NCBI RefSeq assembly: GCF_006345805.1
Contig: NC_043001.1
Coordinates: 93,062,001-93,126,000, forward strand
Direction of reading: 5' to 3'
From: Octopus sinensis
Taxonomy: Eukaryota
DNA: 64,000 bases
The position numbers and the translations under genes were made by a program. Numbering within the stretch: the first letter of the stretch is position 1; each line of letters opens with the position of its first letter. Shown here piece after piece: positions 39,201-54,239 of the stretch. Below the pieces are notes generated by a model. That model searched no databases and was not told the origin of the DNA. It saw only the letters and a program-made list of their open reading frames with translations.

Positions 39201-39789
39201 GTGTGTGTGTGTGTAAATACATTATGGCTGCCCCCTCGTTATCGAGTACGGCCATTGCACGAAGCTTAACTTGTTACTGGTGCTGTGATCGAATGTGACT
39301 TTTTAGCCCAGCTAAAGATCTACAATGTCTTGTACAGAATTGGCAACTAAAAAATATACATACACACATACATACATACATACATACATGCATATATGCA
39401 TACACACACACACGTGTATATATATATATATATATATATTATATATTATATATGCATATATGTACATCAGAATTTACATACGGATTTAAATATGTATCTA
39501 TAGATAAATATTCATACATTAACATACAGACGTGGACACAAGCCCAGCCACACATGGTCGCACGTATGTAAATGTATATGGAAATGTGTATATCTATGTA
39601 TATACTTATGTGTGTGTTTTGCGATGCAATTAACGAAGAGTTATATACATATATATCCATACACACATGAACGTCAGAATTATCTGTTTGTCTGCATATA
39701 TATATGTGTGAATATATACACATATGTATATCTGTTTATATATACATATATGTATGTATATCTAGATATATATATGTACATACACACAC

Positions 39790-39827
<38 letters not shown>

Positions 39828-40206
39828 TAATAGCGTATATATATACATATACTCACATAGACGCGCGTATGTATGTGTGTATGTATGTGTGTATGTATGT
39901 ATGTATTATGTATGCATCTCAGATGGCAAGTAAAGAATCGGATAGCTGAGGGTTATTTTATTGTTCTGAAATATCGTTGGTACTTTTTTCTGTCTTGAAG
40001 ATGCTGGTTTACCAATATGTTATTTGTATTGGCAGTAATTACAGAGATAGAAACATAATTTGGAGGAGATGTGTGTGTGTGTTTGCTCATGAGAGAGGAA
40101 GAGAGTGAAAGAGAGAGGGAGAGGGAGAGAAAGAGAGGGAGAGATAGATAAAGAGAGGCTAATGTAGGAAAGACAGTGAGAAAGTGAAGAAAGAAATGAT
40201 AAGATT

Positions 40207-40500
<294 letters not shown>

Positions 40501-40906
40501 TATCAACCTATGTTTGTTTGCCTATCTCCCTATCTGCCTGTGCTCCAGTATGGCCGTAATCAAATGACTGAAACAATTAAAAGAATAAAAAATACACAAG
40601 TACGCATATACGTACATATGTGTGTGTGTGTGTGTGTATTTTCCATAGTTTTTGGTTATAATAATATTCTCACTGAGTTTTCTGGTGGACAATGAAAAGA
40701 AAACTAAAACAAACAGATAAAAAAAAACAAACAAAAAATCAAATAACAAGCAAACATTGACAACGGCCATTCTTAATAAAGAAACAAATAAGAAACTAAA
40801 TAGAAAAAAAAATCAACAACAATAACAACAATAACATTGTTAACCAGAATAACAATCAGAATAACAAACATCAAATGATACTAATTTGTTATTCTCTTCA
40901 TGTCTT

Positions 40907-40960
<54 letters not shown>

Positions 40961-41104
40961 TACACGCATACACACACACAGAAGCGGGCGTCTCTATTTT
41001 CATACACATACACACACACACACACACCTACACACATATATACGCATGCAGAGACACGGGGGGTGGGGGCAAGCGCATCACTCTGCATTTGCGTATTCAT
41101 ATTG

Positions 41105-41336
41105 ATTTCAAATTTTGGCACAAGACCAGCAAATTTTCGGAGGAAGGGATAAGCCGATCATATCAACCTCAGAGTTCAACTGATACTTATTGTATTAATC
41201 TCCGCCCCCCCCCATCCCCGAAAGGATAAAAAGTAAAGTCGACTTCGGCGGAATTTGAACTCAGAACGTAGAGACGGACGAAATGCTGCTAAGCATTTTG
41301 CCCGGCGCGGAAACGATTATCCCAACACACCACCTT
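41105..41336 (-). mobile_element. SINE family A
   Basis: TTTCAAATTTTGGCACAAGACCAGC...AAGTCGACTTCGGCGGAATTTGAACTCAGAACG. Confidence 0.85.
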
Positions 41337-41687
41337 CATTTATGCATTCCTATTGCAACAATGTTGGACCACGTTTACCTATAAACAGCTGTAGATTATA
41401 ACATAATAGAATTTTGATTGCGCTACACACAAACTGCATTTTTTTTTACTTTACCATATAAAGCCTGACGAATATATCATAAACTTACACATACTGACTA
41501 CAGATATTATATATGTTATTCAAACGGATCCACATGGAGACATAGATATATGTATATATACATTCATAACAGTATATATAACATGTAAAGTTAATCCAAA
41601 CAAGAAAGCACAAAAAAACACAACAACGCGAGGACGTGGAACTAATATAGTATTATTGGACGCTCAGGAAAGAAGGAAAGAAGGAGG

Positions 41688-41722
41688 ATTTAACGTTTCG
41701 AGCGGAGCACTTCGTCGGAAAC
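41688..41722 (-). ncRNA. Degenerate minimal hammerhead motif in a Penelope-like remnant (about 41590-41812)
   Basis: Minus strand GTTT-CCGACGA-A-GTGC-TCC-GCTC-GAA-ACGT-T-AAAT. Confidence 0.45.
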
Positions 41723-41956
41723 ATAGGAGAAGGAAAGATCCAGAGAAGGGAAGACAGAGGAAAAAAATCGCCAACGGTACACATGAGGTCACATTTTGAA
41801 AGACCGGAAGGAATATATATATATATATATATATATATACAAGGGCAAAAGAAAAAAATTTCAATGCCAAATATGCCGAATAGACTTAATCGTCAATAAC
41901 CATTGGCCATTGATAAAATTTCTTCGAAATTTTATCCTATATTAGATGTAAATATA

Positions 41957-41999
<43 letters not shown>

Positions 42000-42014
42000 T
42001 ATATATATACATAT

Positions 42015-42047
<33 letters not shown>

Positions 42048-42076
42048 TACACACACACACATATATATATATATAC

Positions 42077-42280
42077 TGTGGAAACGAGTTGCGACGTCAC
42101 TGGTGCCAAACTGTATCAGCCTTTTCCTTTCCTATGGATAATATCCGTGGCGTGGAGAGGTGAGGCTGGTATGTATGGGCGGCTGCTGGTCTTCCATGAA
42201 CAACTTTGCCCAGATTTGTTCCTCGAAGGGTAACTTTAAGGTGCAATCACATGGTTATTCATGACCGAAATGGATCCTTT
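42077..42280 (+). mobile_element. SINE family D, 3' part
   Basis: GAGTTGCGACGTCACTGGTGCCAA...CTGCTGGTCTTCCAT...TCATGACCGAA, the reverse of 8554-8724. Confidence 0.85.
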
Positions 42281-42899
42281 ATATCGATGGATGGATAGGC
42301 AGATATACAGACAGACTGTCAGATAGATAGATAAATATACATGATACCTGTTTATCACAGATAAGTGTCCAATACAGTGACACAATCCAGCAAAATTTAT
42401 CATAGAACTGCTAGCAATTTAAGTTGAGAATATAGGTATCTATGGTACTTAGATGCAGCTATGCAGACTGGGAGATAAGAACGTTGGTCAAGCACAAAAA
42501 CTCTGAATGATAGATTACTAATCAACGACTTTTCTACTCGTAGTCCAATTGTCTATCGACTTAATTACTCATGCTCTCATCTTAACGGACGAATAAATGA
42601 ATACGTAACACAAATTGGATCCACGCACTCAGTGAGACAATATGACCAAATAGAAAACCATATGAGAGACCTGGACTTCATATTTACTGCAAGCGTTTCC
42701 TTTACATCACAAAGAGTTATGATTATTCTGTATTGTTTCAATTAACCTAACTGTAAAGAAATATCGTGACTTCTCAAAATAGACCGAGATGAAATTCAAA
42801 GTGACATGATATTTAGAGGAAGAATCATTTTTCATTCGCCTAACGCTTCTGAATTCCAAGTTAAGTACTAGTTTCATGAGCTCCTATGCATACATGCAT

Positions 42900-42901
42900 A
42901 C

Positions 42902-42958
<57 letters not shown>

Positions 42959-43000
42959 ATAATATATATATATATACACATATATATACATATATATGCC

Positions 43001-43052
<52 letters not shown>

Positions 43053-43081
43053 GTGGTGTGTGATATATATATATAGTATGA

Positions 43082-43127
<46 letters not shown>

Positions 43128-43260
43128 GTAATATATATATATGCATATATGTATATATATTATATATATATATTATATATATATATATATATCTATATTA
43201 TATATAGATATATTATATATATATATTATATATATATTTATATATATGTATTATGTATAA
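42900..43260. repeat. Long interrupted (TA)n tract
   Basis: Direct reading. Confidence 0.95.
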
Positions 43261-44434
43261 ACATACATACATACACAAACCGATACTGATAGAAATGCTT
43301 GGATTATTGTGATATCTTGGCAAGTTTCCAGACAAACGTAAATTTCTGATCTCTATTGATGTTGACTTACCCAATTGCTTTTCATTGACCTAATCATTCC
43401 ATAATATAGACTCTTATCACCTACTAATGATAATTTTTATATAGCTCTGAACATATGCAACGTGACAATAGGGAAGATTCTACATAGCATTTTTCATCTG
43501 CTAGAAATAACAACTAAATCGGTGTAAAATCACATTCTACCGTTTCTTACAAAAATATAGGAAACAGTTTTCTTCATTGGTCTGTTCTGTCAGAATTAGT
43601 GTGAGGTTAAATAAATAAACAACCAAGCAAATAAACAAGCAAGCAAATAAATAAATGCTAAAAAAATTATTAACAAAAACTACAGCAACGACATCTAGAA
43701 CTTCGGCATAAATATACAACTATCAGTTTTATGTGTGCAGACAATAGCACTAATTATCTGTATAAAAATTCCTCTTTCGTATACATTCCATTATTAGTCT
43801 TAATCACTTATAATAATTTCCGATGTGTATTTTTATATTTTGTGTAACGCAGAAAGAGGCGATCTAACTATAAGTAGAGGGTGAGTAAGAGGCAGTTGCA
43901 GGAGGAGAATTAAAAGGAAAGTCTGTCACTCTCTCACTGTTCCTAGTTATATATCACTAATACTTCCACACATATATATACACACACATTAAAATGCACT
44001 TATATTACTTATTATGCATGTGTGCGTGTGCTATGTGTATGTATATCTAGTTCTGACGCTTTTTGTATTAGAAATATTCTCTACATCGCTTAAACCACAC
44101 TCTTCCTTTTTCTCTCTCTTCTCTCATTCTCAGAATTTTTTTCTATGTATATTTTGTAACTTTTCCCAAGAATTGTGTTTGATAGCTTTTTGCAGACAGG
44201 GAGTGGAAATTTAACACAAACATTTAAAAAGTATGAAATTCAAATAAATTTAATGCAAAGTTTAAATAATATTTAAATATTTATATTTAAGATAACATTA
44301 ATTTTTATATATTAACTATATTTAATAATAATTTCCAATATATTTAAAAATGATGAACATATTTACCATTGTTATAGATGGCCCGGGTGTACTAGTGAAA
44401 ATACGAAAGTTTAAAATAGTCATAATCCAATACA

Positions 44435-44837
44435 TTTTACTTGTTTCAGTCATTTGACTGCGGCCATGCTGGAGCACCGCCTTTAGTCGAGCAAATCGAC
44501 TCCAGGACTTATTCTTTGTAAGCCTAGTACTTATTCTATCAGTCTCTTTTGCCGAACCGCTAAGTTACGGGGACACAAACACACCAGCATCGGTTGCCAA
44601 ACGATGTTGGGGTGACAAACACAGAAACGCAAACATACACACACACATACATATACACGTATATACATATATACAATGGGCTTCTTTCAGTTTCCGTCTA
44701 CCAAATCCACTCACAAGGCTTTGGTTGACTCGAGGCTATAGTAAAAGACACTTGCCCAAGGTACCACGCAGTGGGACTGAAGCGGGAACCATGTGCTTGG
44801 TAAGCAAGCTATTTACTATACAGCCACTCCTGCGCCT
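44435..44837 (-). mobile_element. SINE family B, full length
   Basis: Reverse complement of 16565-16985. Confidence 0.9.
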
Positions 44838-45423
44838 ATATTGATTTTCCTTATTCGACTGGTATTGATTTTATCGACCCTTAAGACATCTAAGACAAAA
44901 AATTACCTCGATAGGATTCCAATGAGAGGCACAGTCGTTAAAGGAAAAAATCACAAAGGGTTTTGACTGCATCGGCTTCGATTCAATTTTCCAGCAAAAC
45001 GATGTTTGCGACGACTTCGACGTGACGACACTGTCGATGATGTCGTCTAGCAAACGTGCAAAGGCATATGTTTTGATGAAGACTAGTTTTAGCCAATGAA
45101 AATCGATACCAGTTCTCTGATTGTTAGTTTTTTTTTCAAATTTCAAGACTGAAATACGAAGCTGGCAGTGGAGGAAACTGAACTCACACCGTAGCTAAAT
45201 ATCGCAAATTATTTATCTTGACCGAATCATTAGAGCGTCGGTAAAAAGAAATACTTCGGACTATTTCAAGCATCTCTTTAGATTCTGAATTCAAATCCTG
45301 CCGAAGTCAGCCTTGACTTTTCATCTCTCTCGGCTTCATAGAATATGCTACCAGTCAAGCACTATTGTAGATGGTATTGAGTAAGTTTCTCAAATATGTG
45401 GCCTTATGCCAAAATTGGAAGGA

Positions 45424-45428
45424 ATTAC

Positions 45429-45498
<70 letters not shown>
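45424..45498. repeat. (ATT)n microsatellite at the tail of a degenerate SINE A
   Basis: Direct reading; preceded by GGCCTTATGCCAAAATTGGAA. Confidence 0.9.
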
Positions 45499-46267
45499 GT
45501 TATTAAAAACAGAATCTTGATATGTATTGTTGCTGTTATTTAAACGATTTAACGAAGGAAGCAGCGTGACAGTATCGAAGCAAAATATTCGCAAACATCG
45601 AAATATGATTAGTCAATAGAACATCGAGACTTTAATGGTAGCAGAAAAAAACAAACAAAAAACAAAACAAAACAAAGATTACAAAACATTAAAAAACAGT
45701 AGAATATATGAATGTATGTCTGTGTATATGCGTGGGTGAGTGTGTGTTTGATTTTGTCTTTTGGTGAAGGACGTGTGAATAAGTTGCTGGTTGGCAATCT
45801 GATAAAAAAAATCGATTTTATATCGATCATATACGGTTCTTTAACTATCTGGACAAGACAATAAATAGTTCACGCTTTAGTTCATCTAGCAGTCAGCAAA
45901 TATTTACGTTGTCTTCTGGAGATGTAAGCAGAGATAAACAAGCGTCTTGCCTAGAGGAGATGTACCTCTCATCCACCTAACGCAATATGAACTCTTGTGA
46001 CTCGATTCAACATATTTCAAGAAGTAACCATGTAAGTGATTGCACACACTATTGTGCTAACACCTACATATGCACACCATAGGCGAGCGTCATATCGATG
46101 TACATTTTTGCATACTGTATGCAAGTGTCTTCATATATTTATGAGTTTCTATATTTATCTACGGTTTGTGTGCAGCTATATAAGGTATATGAGAAGATTG
46201 TGACAGAATATGAAAATATCTAAGTATGCCTGATTGCATAATACTGATGTGTAATAAATGTGGGTAT

Positions 46268-46333
<66 letters not shown>

Positions 46334-46824
46334 CGCGTATATATCCTTGGGAAGGCTTTGGTGTGTATGTTAGTTAACGAGAATCACGAATGAATGTGTC
46401 AGTTTGCTCATAAGAGTGTGTGAGTGTTAGTATATAGAAGTATTATTAAACAAAAATAAACACAATTGTGTATAAATGAGTGTGTGACTGTGTGTGTGTG
46501 TGTTTATGCGCACATGCATGTATGTATGTGTGCGTTCGTGTGTGTGTGTTCGTGTGTGTGTGTGTGTGTGTGCGTGTGTGTGTCTTTCTCGACATTTCCC
46601 TTTTGTATAAGCGAGCTGATAAATCGATAGTCAGGTTTATTTATGAATCCAGTCCGAAGTAATAATGCACATTTACAAGCCCAACTGGCTTTTGCCAAAC
46701 AACTCATTTGGATCGGAAGTTAACAAGGAGTTCTAGTGTGTTCAAAATAATGATTGTCTTAATATAGCTTTAACAGCACCTTGTACAAAGTCACACATAG
46801 GCGCTCATACATATATGAACACAC

Positions 46825-46869
<45 letters not shown>

Positions 46870-47154
46870 CACATACTTTCGTATGTGTATGGTCGTGTGT
46901 CTATGTGTGTTGTGTGCATATTAAAAAATACATCTGTACACAAATAAACGACACATGCACCCACTTATGCTCACATGCAAATACGTTAAACTCATATAAA
47001 CATATCCATGAAAAATCGTCTGTCATTCAATTTTTCTTTTTCCCTAGCTCTCTATCTCTCTTTCACTCTGCCTTTCTTTTTCTTACTCGAGCGCGCTCAA
47101 AGGCTTGCATGTATATGTATGTGTTGTGCGCAAACACGAACGTATATATATATG

Positions 47155-47217
<63 letters not shown>

Positions 47218-47514
47218 TATATATAGATATATATATACACACACATGTAGTTATATATATGGATATTCTTTTGCTTTATACGCTTATATACATTACACAC
47301 ACCACACTCAACACATACACACATACACCATGCACTTGCACAAACATAGTTTATTCTCTCTCTCAGAATAACACGGCGACAGGATACGGAAATACATGTA
47401 GACTAGCAATTATTACATAAATTATTATAAAATCTGCAGAGGACGGATATATATATATCTTACTATCTACGCATGGAATGCTTCATACATTCACTCATTA
47501 TTATCATATATTAT

Positions 47515-47571
<57 letters not shown>

Positions 47572-48078
47572 GTACATACACACACATATATATATATATA
47601 TATCATAAAACATATATGTATTATATATAATATATATGTATATATATGTATGTAAAATATGTATACCATATATTACATATATACATGTTTCTTTCTATCT
47701 ATCTATCTACCTCTCTCTCTCTCTCTCTCTGTATCTATCTATATATCTATCTATCTATCTATCGTACAATTTGCTGAGCTTTTACGCAAATACATTCGAA
47801 CAACCAAACATGCATTTTCAGAAATATTCACAAACACAGTATCCACCCCATATAATGAGCCACAGGCACTCTTATAGAGATAAATAGGTAGATAGCTAGA
47901 CTGATATATAGATTGATAGAAAAAAGATCGATAGACAGAGAGAGGCGGGATAATCAGTGTGTGAGGAACAGAGATAAAGAAAATGCGAAAGAGAGAAGTG
48001 GAGAGATAGTGAGAGACTACTAACGATACACTTTGATAGATATTTAGTAAGTTAAATAGGTAGACAGACAGATTGATG

Positions 48079-48182
<104 letters not shown>

Positions 48183-48844
48183 CCCTTTCTATATACATAC
48201 ACACACATTTCTAAACCTTTTATTGAAGTGCTTTAAAAGAGTAGCTTGAAATGAAAACATTAATCATGTTAGCAGAAAGCTCTTTGACTTTTTAAGACAT
48301 TTTAAGCTATGTATAAAATAAAACCGTCTGAGTTTTTAGAAACGATCTTTCACATAAGAACACAAACCCAAAAGCCATATTGTATGTTAAATATGCTTGC
48401 ACGTACTTACGTGTAACTAATATACTTATCGCCCAACTTTCAACTTTTCCTATTTTTAACAGATCTGATATGCAGACATTGATCTCAATTGATGCTTTTA
48501 GACTTTTAAATCAAAGCTTGCCTACCATTCGCCGCAAATTATAGGTCAGGATATAAAAATCCTTCTTGTTAACTATAATGATATTTTCATTCGCTTTCGA
48601 TTCGGTGGTTAATGGGAGAAATATTAAATACGTTTTTTGTTGGCGGGCGGGGGTGGGGGATATTCATTTTATTTATTGTGTCTGTGTGTTTGTGTATGAA
48701 AGTGTGTGCTTATATGTGTACATATACATGTTATTTTTTTGGTGAGTGTATGTAGAATGTGTATGTGTGTATCTGCTTCGTGTTTTTTTATATACTTTGA
48801 TTCCACTCCTTTTCATTCACTTCGACTTTCCTCTTCGTTCTCCT

Positions 48845-48887
48845 CGTCATCGTCACAGTCGTCGTCATCATCATCATCATCATCATT

Positions 48888-48920
<33 letters not shown>

Positions 48921-49246
48921 TTCTTCTTTTTCTTCTTCTCCTTTTTCTTCTTCTCCTTCTTTTTCTTCGTCTTCGTCTTCTTTTTCTTCTTCTTCTTCTT
49001 CTTCTTCTTCTTCTTCTTTTCCTCCTCCTCCTCCTCCTCCCATCCTTCTTCTTCTTCTTCTTCTTCTTCTTCTTCTTCTTCTTCTTCTTCTTCTTCTTCT
49101 TCTTCTAATATTATTATTATTATTATTATTCAGTAGTTTTATTTTTATTTTTATAGCGTGCTTTCACTTCACTACCGAGCGCAGCTCTGTGTGCCTTGGG
49201 TATGTGCTGTGATTTGTTGTGATGCTCTGATGGTTATTGTATGGAA

Positions 49247-49299
<53 letters not shown>

Positions 49300-49305
49300 C
49301 ATTAT
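48845..49305. repeat. (TCA)n/(TCT)n/(CCT)n/(TTA)n triplet tracts
   Basis: Direct reading; source of the poly-S/F/L/E ORFs. Confidence 0.95.
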
Positions 49306-49601
49306 TATCGATATTATTCGGTGCTTTGATTTTCGTCGTGTTCTTTCGCAGCACTACAGTGTTGCAGTCACGTGCGTCTAGGGTGTGTGCAGTCTTTGGT
49401 CTTGGTTTGGAATTTTATATTGTGGTTCCAGCGCGTTATGGTAAACGTAAGAAGTACCTACGCGAACCATGTTTTGTATTTTGTGTTTCTTTATAAGTCA
49501 TAGGAATTTGGATGTGTATTTTTCTGCATAAAAAAATATTCTCGAGACATGTATGATTATAAAGATTATTGTTGTTGTTGTTGTTATTTCTATTGCTGTT
49601 A

Positions 49602-49812
49602 AGACGGTGAGTTGGTAGAGTCGTTAGCGCGTCGGACAAAATGCATAGCAACATTTCTTCTTGCTCTACGTTCTGAGCTCATATTCCGATGAGGTCAACT
49701 TTGCCTTTCATCCTTTCGTGATCGATAAAATAAGTACCAGTTGAGCATTGGGTTCGATGTAATCAACTAGTCGTCTTCCAGAACTGCTGGCCTTGTGCCA
49801 AAATTTGAAACC

Positions 49813-49867
<55 letters not shown>
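49602..49867 (+). mobile_element. SINE family A with (TTA)n tail
   Basis: GAGGTCAACTTTGCCTTTCATCCTTTC...GGCCTTGTGCCAAAATTTGAAACC, then (TTA)n at 49814-49867. Confidence 0.85.
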
Positions 49868-49868
<1 letters not shown>

Positions 49869-50011
49869 GAACCTCAGACAGACATTGCTTTACGCAATAT
49901 GCATACAGTTTCAAGTAATGCCGACTTTTGAAATGCATCTAGATTGTATGGTATTTCTAAGTTGTTTTTTTTTTATGTTTGACTCACGTATCTGCCACAT
50001 CTTAGCGATCT

Positions 50012-50422
50012 CATTATTACTATTATTAAATATGGTTTCTTTTCATTACAACTTTATTTCAGCTGGCTTAGTGCCGGGCATACTCCGGAGGCCAAGAGTA
50101 GCAAGGGCACTTTTGTTTGGCTATGCATGCTAAAATTATCACCACATTTATTTCATTTTAGGTGGAGAGTGCTTTACGTAGTATATGAGCTGTCCCCATC
50201 AAGGTTATCTTTTGTAGTTCACGGAGATTGGAGTTATTAGGGGGTTGCTTAATATACTTCTCAGCTCCCTTCTTTCTCATTCCCAACTCACCATTTACTA
50301 CTGGTATTATCGAAGGACTAAGATTCCACATTTTTCCGATTTCAACTTGCAGATCTTTATAGTGAGAAAGCTTTTCATATTCCTTTCTTGAGACATTTTG
50401 ATCTTGTGGGACATAAAAATTC
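50012..50422 (-). mobile_element. R4/Dong-clade non-LTR retrotransposon 3' fragment (restriction-like endonuclease C-terminus and 3' UTR)
   Basis: ORF 50158-50430 VPQDQNVSRKEYEKLSHYKDLQVEIGKMW...IIPVVNGELG...LQKITLMGTAHILRKAL resembles the R4-type C-terminus; it ends in a degenerate TAA repeat. Confidence 0.85.
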
Positions 50423-50436
50423 ACACACACCTACAT

Positions 50437-50572
50437 ACGACGAGCTTCTTTCAGTTTCCGTCTACCAATCGGTCGGCCCGAGGCTATTGTAGAAGAAACT
50501 TGCCCAAGGTGTCACACAGTGTGACTGATGCCGGTACCATGTGATTAAGAAGCAAGCTTTTTACCACATATC
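50437..50572 (-). mobile_element. SINE family B, 5' half with internal deletion
   Basis: CTTCTTTCAGTTTCCGTCTACCAATC-GGTCGGCCCGAGGCTAT...AGCAAGC. Confidence 0.8.
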
Positions 50573-50710
50573 GTAGAATTTATTTTTGCCTTTCATCCTT
50601 CCGCTGTCGATAAACTGAAGTGCCACTTAAGTATCGGGGTCGACGATCGATGTAATTTGATTAAACACTCCCGCTTCAAAATTGCAGGATTTGTGTATAA
50701 ATGACAAACA

Positions 50711-50754
<44 letters not shown>

Positions 50755-51170
50755 GTTATTATTTTGATAGTGATGATGGTGATAATAATCATCCCTCTCT
50801 CGTCATCATTATTACTTTTTTTGATGTTATTATTTTATATTTTTTTCCTATTCTCTGGTTCATTTACATTATTTTATTAAACATTTTCTTTTCTAAAAAA
50901 AAAAAAAAGAAAAACTAAACAATGCATAAATCACAAAAGCAAACAATAAAAAGCAAGTAAAGCGCAAGAAAGAATGAGACACAAAAAACAACAAAAATTA
51001 ACAAAAATGAAAGTGAAAGTGAAAGTAGATTAAATCAAACTTAATGTGTATTCAATACTCACGAATCAAAGGAATTGTTTCAGAAACCAAGAGAAACGGC
51101 TCTAGCTTAAAGCATTGAGATAGATAGGCAGACAGACAGGCAAACCGACCGATGGATAGAAATAATGTGC

Positions 51171-51238
<68 letters not shown>

Positions 51239-51795
51239 AAACTGAGGGCGAGAGAAACAAAGGAGAGGAAGTGAGACGCAGGTGAGAAGAGTTAGAAAAG
51301 AAGGAAAGGAGCGGGACGAAATCAAATATGAAGCACACACACACACATACATACATGCATAAATACAAACATACATACACACACACACAATACATACATA
51401 CATACATACATACATACATACATACATACATACATACATAATACATACATACATAAGGTACTATAAAAATGAAGATGCATGAAATCTTTAGGTAGCAGGA
51501 AAAAGTTCTAGGAATAACGAATAGTATAATCAAATATTAGAAAAAAATATATAATCATACACACATACACACATACACAAACGCTCTCTCTCTCATACAT
51601 ACACACACACAGACTCTCTCTCACACACACATACACACACACACACGTACGCATCGACCCGATGGTAACGAATATGATGAAGCCAACGTAATCATTAATG
51701 AATTCCAAACTAGTTCATTACGTGTTCTATCTTCTTTATGGGCACTGTTTACTCTTCCCACTCCACTCTGTACACACGTATATACATGCATGCAT

Positions 51796-51860
<65 letters not shown>

Positions 51861-51909
51861 GTGTACATACATATATACAGAAATACGCAGATGTACACGC
51901 ACACATGCA

Positions 51910-51945
<36 letters not shown>

Positions 51946-51946
51946 C

Positions 51947-52062
<116 letters not shown>

Positions 52063-52892
52063 TATATTTGTTCTTATTCCCATTGTTATTATACTATAAA
52101 CCTACTGGCTACACCATCACTACTTGATGGTTTTCTACTTGTGCAACAATTACCGACAACTTGATAACTTAGTAGCATTTTTTGAAGATGATTCTCTTTT
52201 TATTTCCTTCTTCCTTCATACCTTTCTTTCTTTCTTTCTTTCTGTCTTTCTTTCTCTCCCTATTTCGTTATATCTTACGTTCATTCAGATACCACATTTA
52301 CAAACCCAGACTATTCAGCTATTTTGAATAGTGATAACGTTTTTGTTTTTGTTGTTATTGGTTATTGGTGTTGTTATTGTTGTGAGAAACAACAGAAAGC
52401 CGCACCGATTTATAATTGAAAATCTGAAGAAAGAATGGGGATATTACAGTAATAAATTTCACAATGGATTGGAATCACTTCAACTGAGAATTGGTATCAA
52501 AAGAGTAACTATTAAATATTTTGTTTCATTCTGACCTTCCACAATATGAAACATATTTTTAAGTGGTGGGCAGGAAATAGGATATTGTCTATTCGATTTA
52601 ATGGCTTTTCTGATATCGTAGATGAAATCAAATGTTTTAATAAAGAATTAATATTGAGTAGCAAACTCGGTTAAAAAGGAGATTATATCCTCTTTTGTGA
52701 CACTCGTTGCACTGTTTAACAGTTTTGTGAAGAGCCTTATTGTCTTGTAAGTTGTGATGACACGACTGAAATATTCAGTTTCGTATTGTGCATTTAGAAC
52801 AAATCCCTCTTTACAATACATCTACTAAACAATCTAAACCCCAGGCACTTTTTGGTGGTTAAATGAGGAAAGGGTAAAGGGTAATGTGTAAA

Positions 52893-53220
52893 CACCTTCG
52901 GTCATGAATGATCATGGGTTTGCACCTAGAAAGATCCCCTCCGAGGCACAAGTACGGGTAAGCTTGTTTATAAAAGACCAGCAGTCGCCCATGCATACCA
53001 GCCTCCCCTCTCTACGCCACTGATTTTATTCAAGAGAAAGGCAAAAGCTGATACAGCTTAGCACTAGTGACATCGCAACTCATTTCTACAGCTGAATGAA
53101 CTGGAACAACGTGAAATAAAGCGTCTTGCTCAAGAATATATATCGCAGCTCTCGATCCAAGAATCGAACTCATTACCTCATGATTGTGAGTCCGACGCTC
53201 TAACCACTGAGCCATGCGCC
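52893..53220 (-). mobile_element. tRNA-derived SINE family D, full length
   Basis: Minus head GGCGCATGGCTCAGTGGTTAGAGCG (A box) and GAGTTCGATTC (B box). Confidence 0.9.
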
Positions 53221-54239
53221 AGTCAGATTTAAGTGTATTGGCCAAGGACGCATCATTTTGAAGTATATAGATTATGGATCACCAATTTTCGACTGTGAGT
53301 CTTAACGACTTTTTATTCTCATGGTTACACTCCTCATATATTTACAGAAAAAAAAGAAAAGGAAATTAGAAGTGGAGACCTTTAGAATTATTCAAAGTCT
53401 CTAGTTGTATAATGAAAGAGAAATGGTTTCAGACTAGTTTTCGAAGTGATCATGATTGCATTTTGCTTAGAGATTATTCTTAACAATTCAGTACTGGCTG
53501 CTATATGCTGTAAATGATAGGATCCACAGATATATAGTCAGACATGTATACAGAAAAAGTGAATGAAATGATGTGATGTTTGAACTATTTTACGATTTAT
53601 TCGTGGCAAAACTGAAATGGATTGATTGCAAGGGAGAATATAAATAAGTTAAAAGCCTTCAGTAACGGAAAAAGTTTCACTTGAATATCAACGTTTATGA
53701 TTAAAGCGACTTTGTGACGTTGTTACATTTAGCTTAATAATATAAATGAGAATTACTTTCCACTCGAAACTGATATCGGATCATGCACGCATCTGCATAG
53801 AAGCTTAAGCTTCATTGTATTTACTCTACAGTTACAGCATAGTTAACTTTATTATCACAATATACTATATAAATATTGACTTTACCATCACAGCATAACA
53901 ACTAACTTCCTAGTTTACAACAAAACAGTAATGGTATTAGGTGTATATTGTAGCTAGTTATAACAGATGGACTTGGAAAAGATTAGAAACGTGTGCTAAC
54001 AGTCTGCGTTAATGAAGAAAATCTAAAAATTAAGCAGCTTTTGTAATGGGATTAGATGCATAAACTCTTCAAAGTTATTTTTGCTGCCTGAGATTCTTGC
54101 TAAATGAATTCCTTCTTGAATATGTTTTCAAATCAGTTGAAATTTTATTCTACATATCACCCACTTCGTCGTCATCTTGGTTTCTGAGACAACAACGCAA
54201 TCATTCCTAATGGCGTTAGCTGGGAGGAAGGATGGTGAA

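Noticed and set aside
42479-42745. 88-codon stop-free plus frame without an early ATG
   Set aside because: No domain similarity or convincing splice sites; length is compatible with chance.
44378-44396. GCCCGGGTGTACTAGT, a possible second Helitron 3' end
   Set aside because: CTAG|T is present but only half of the hairpin; insufficient.
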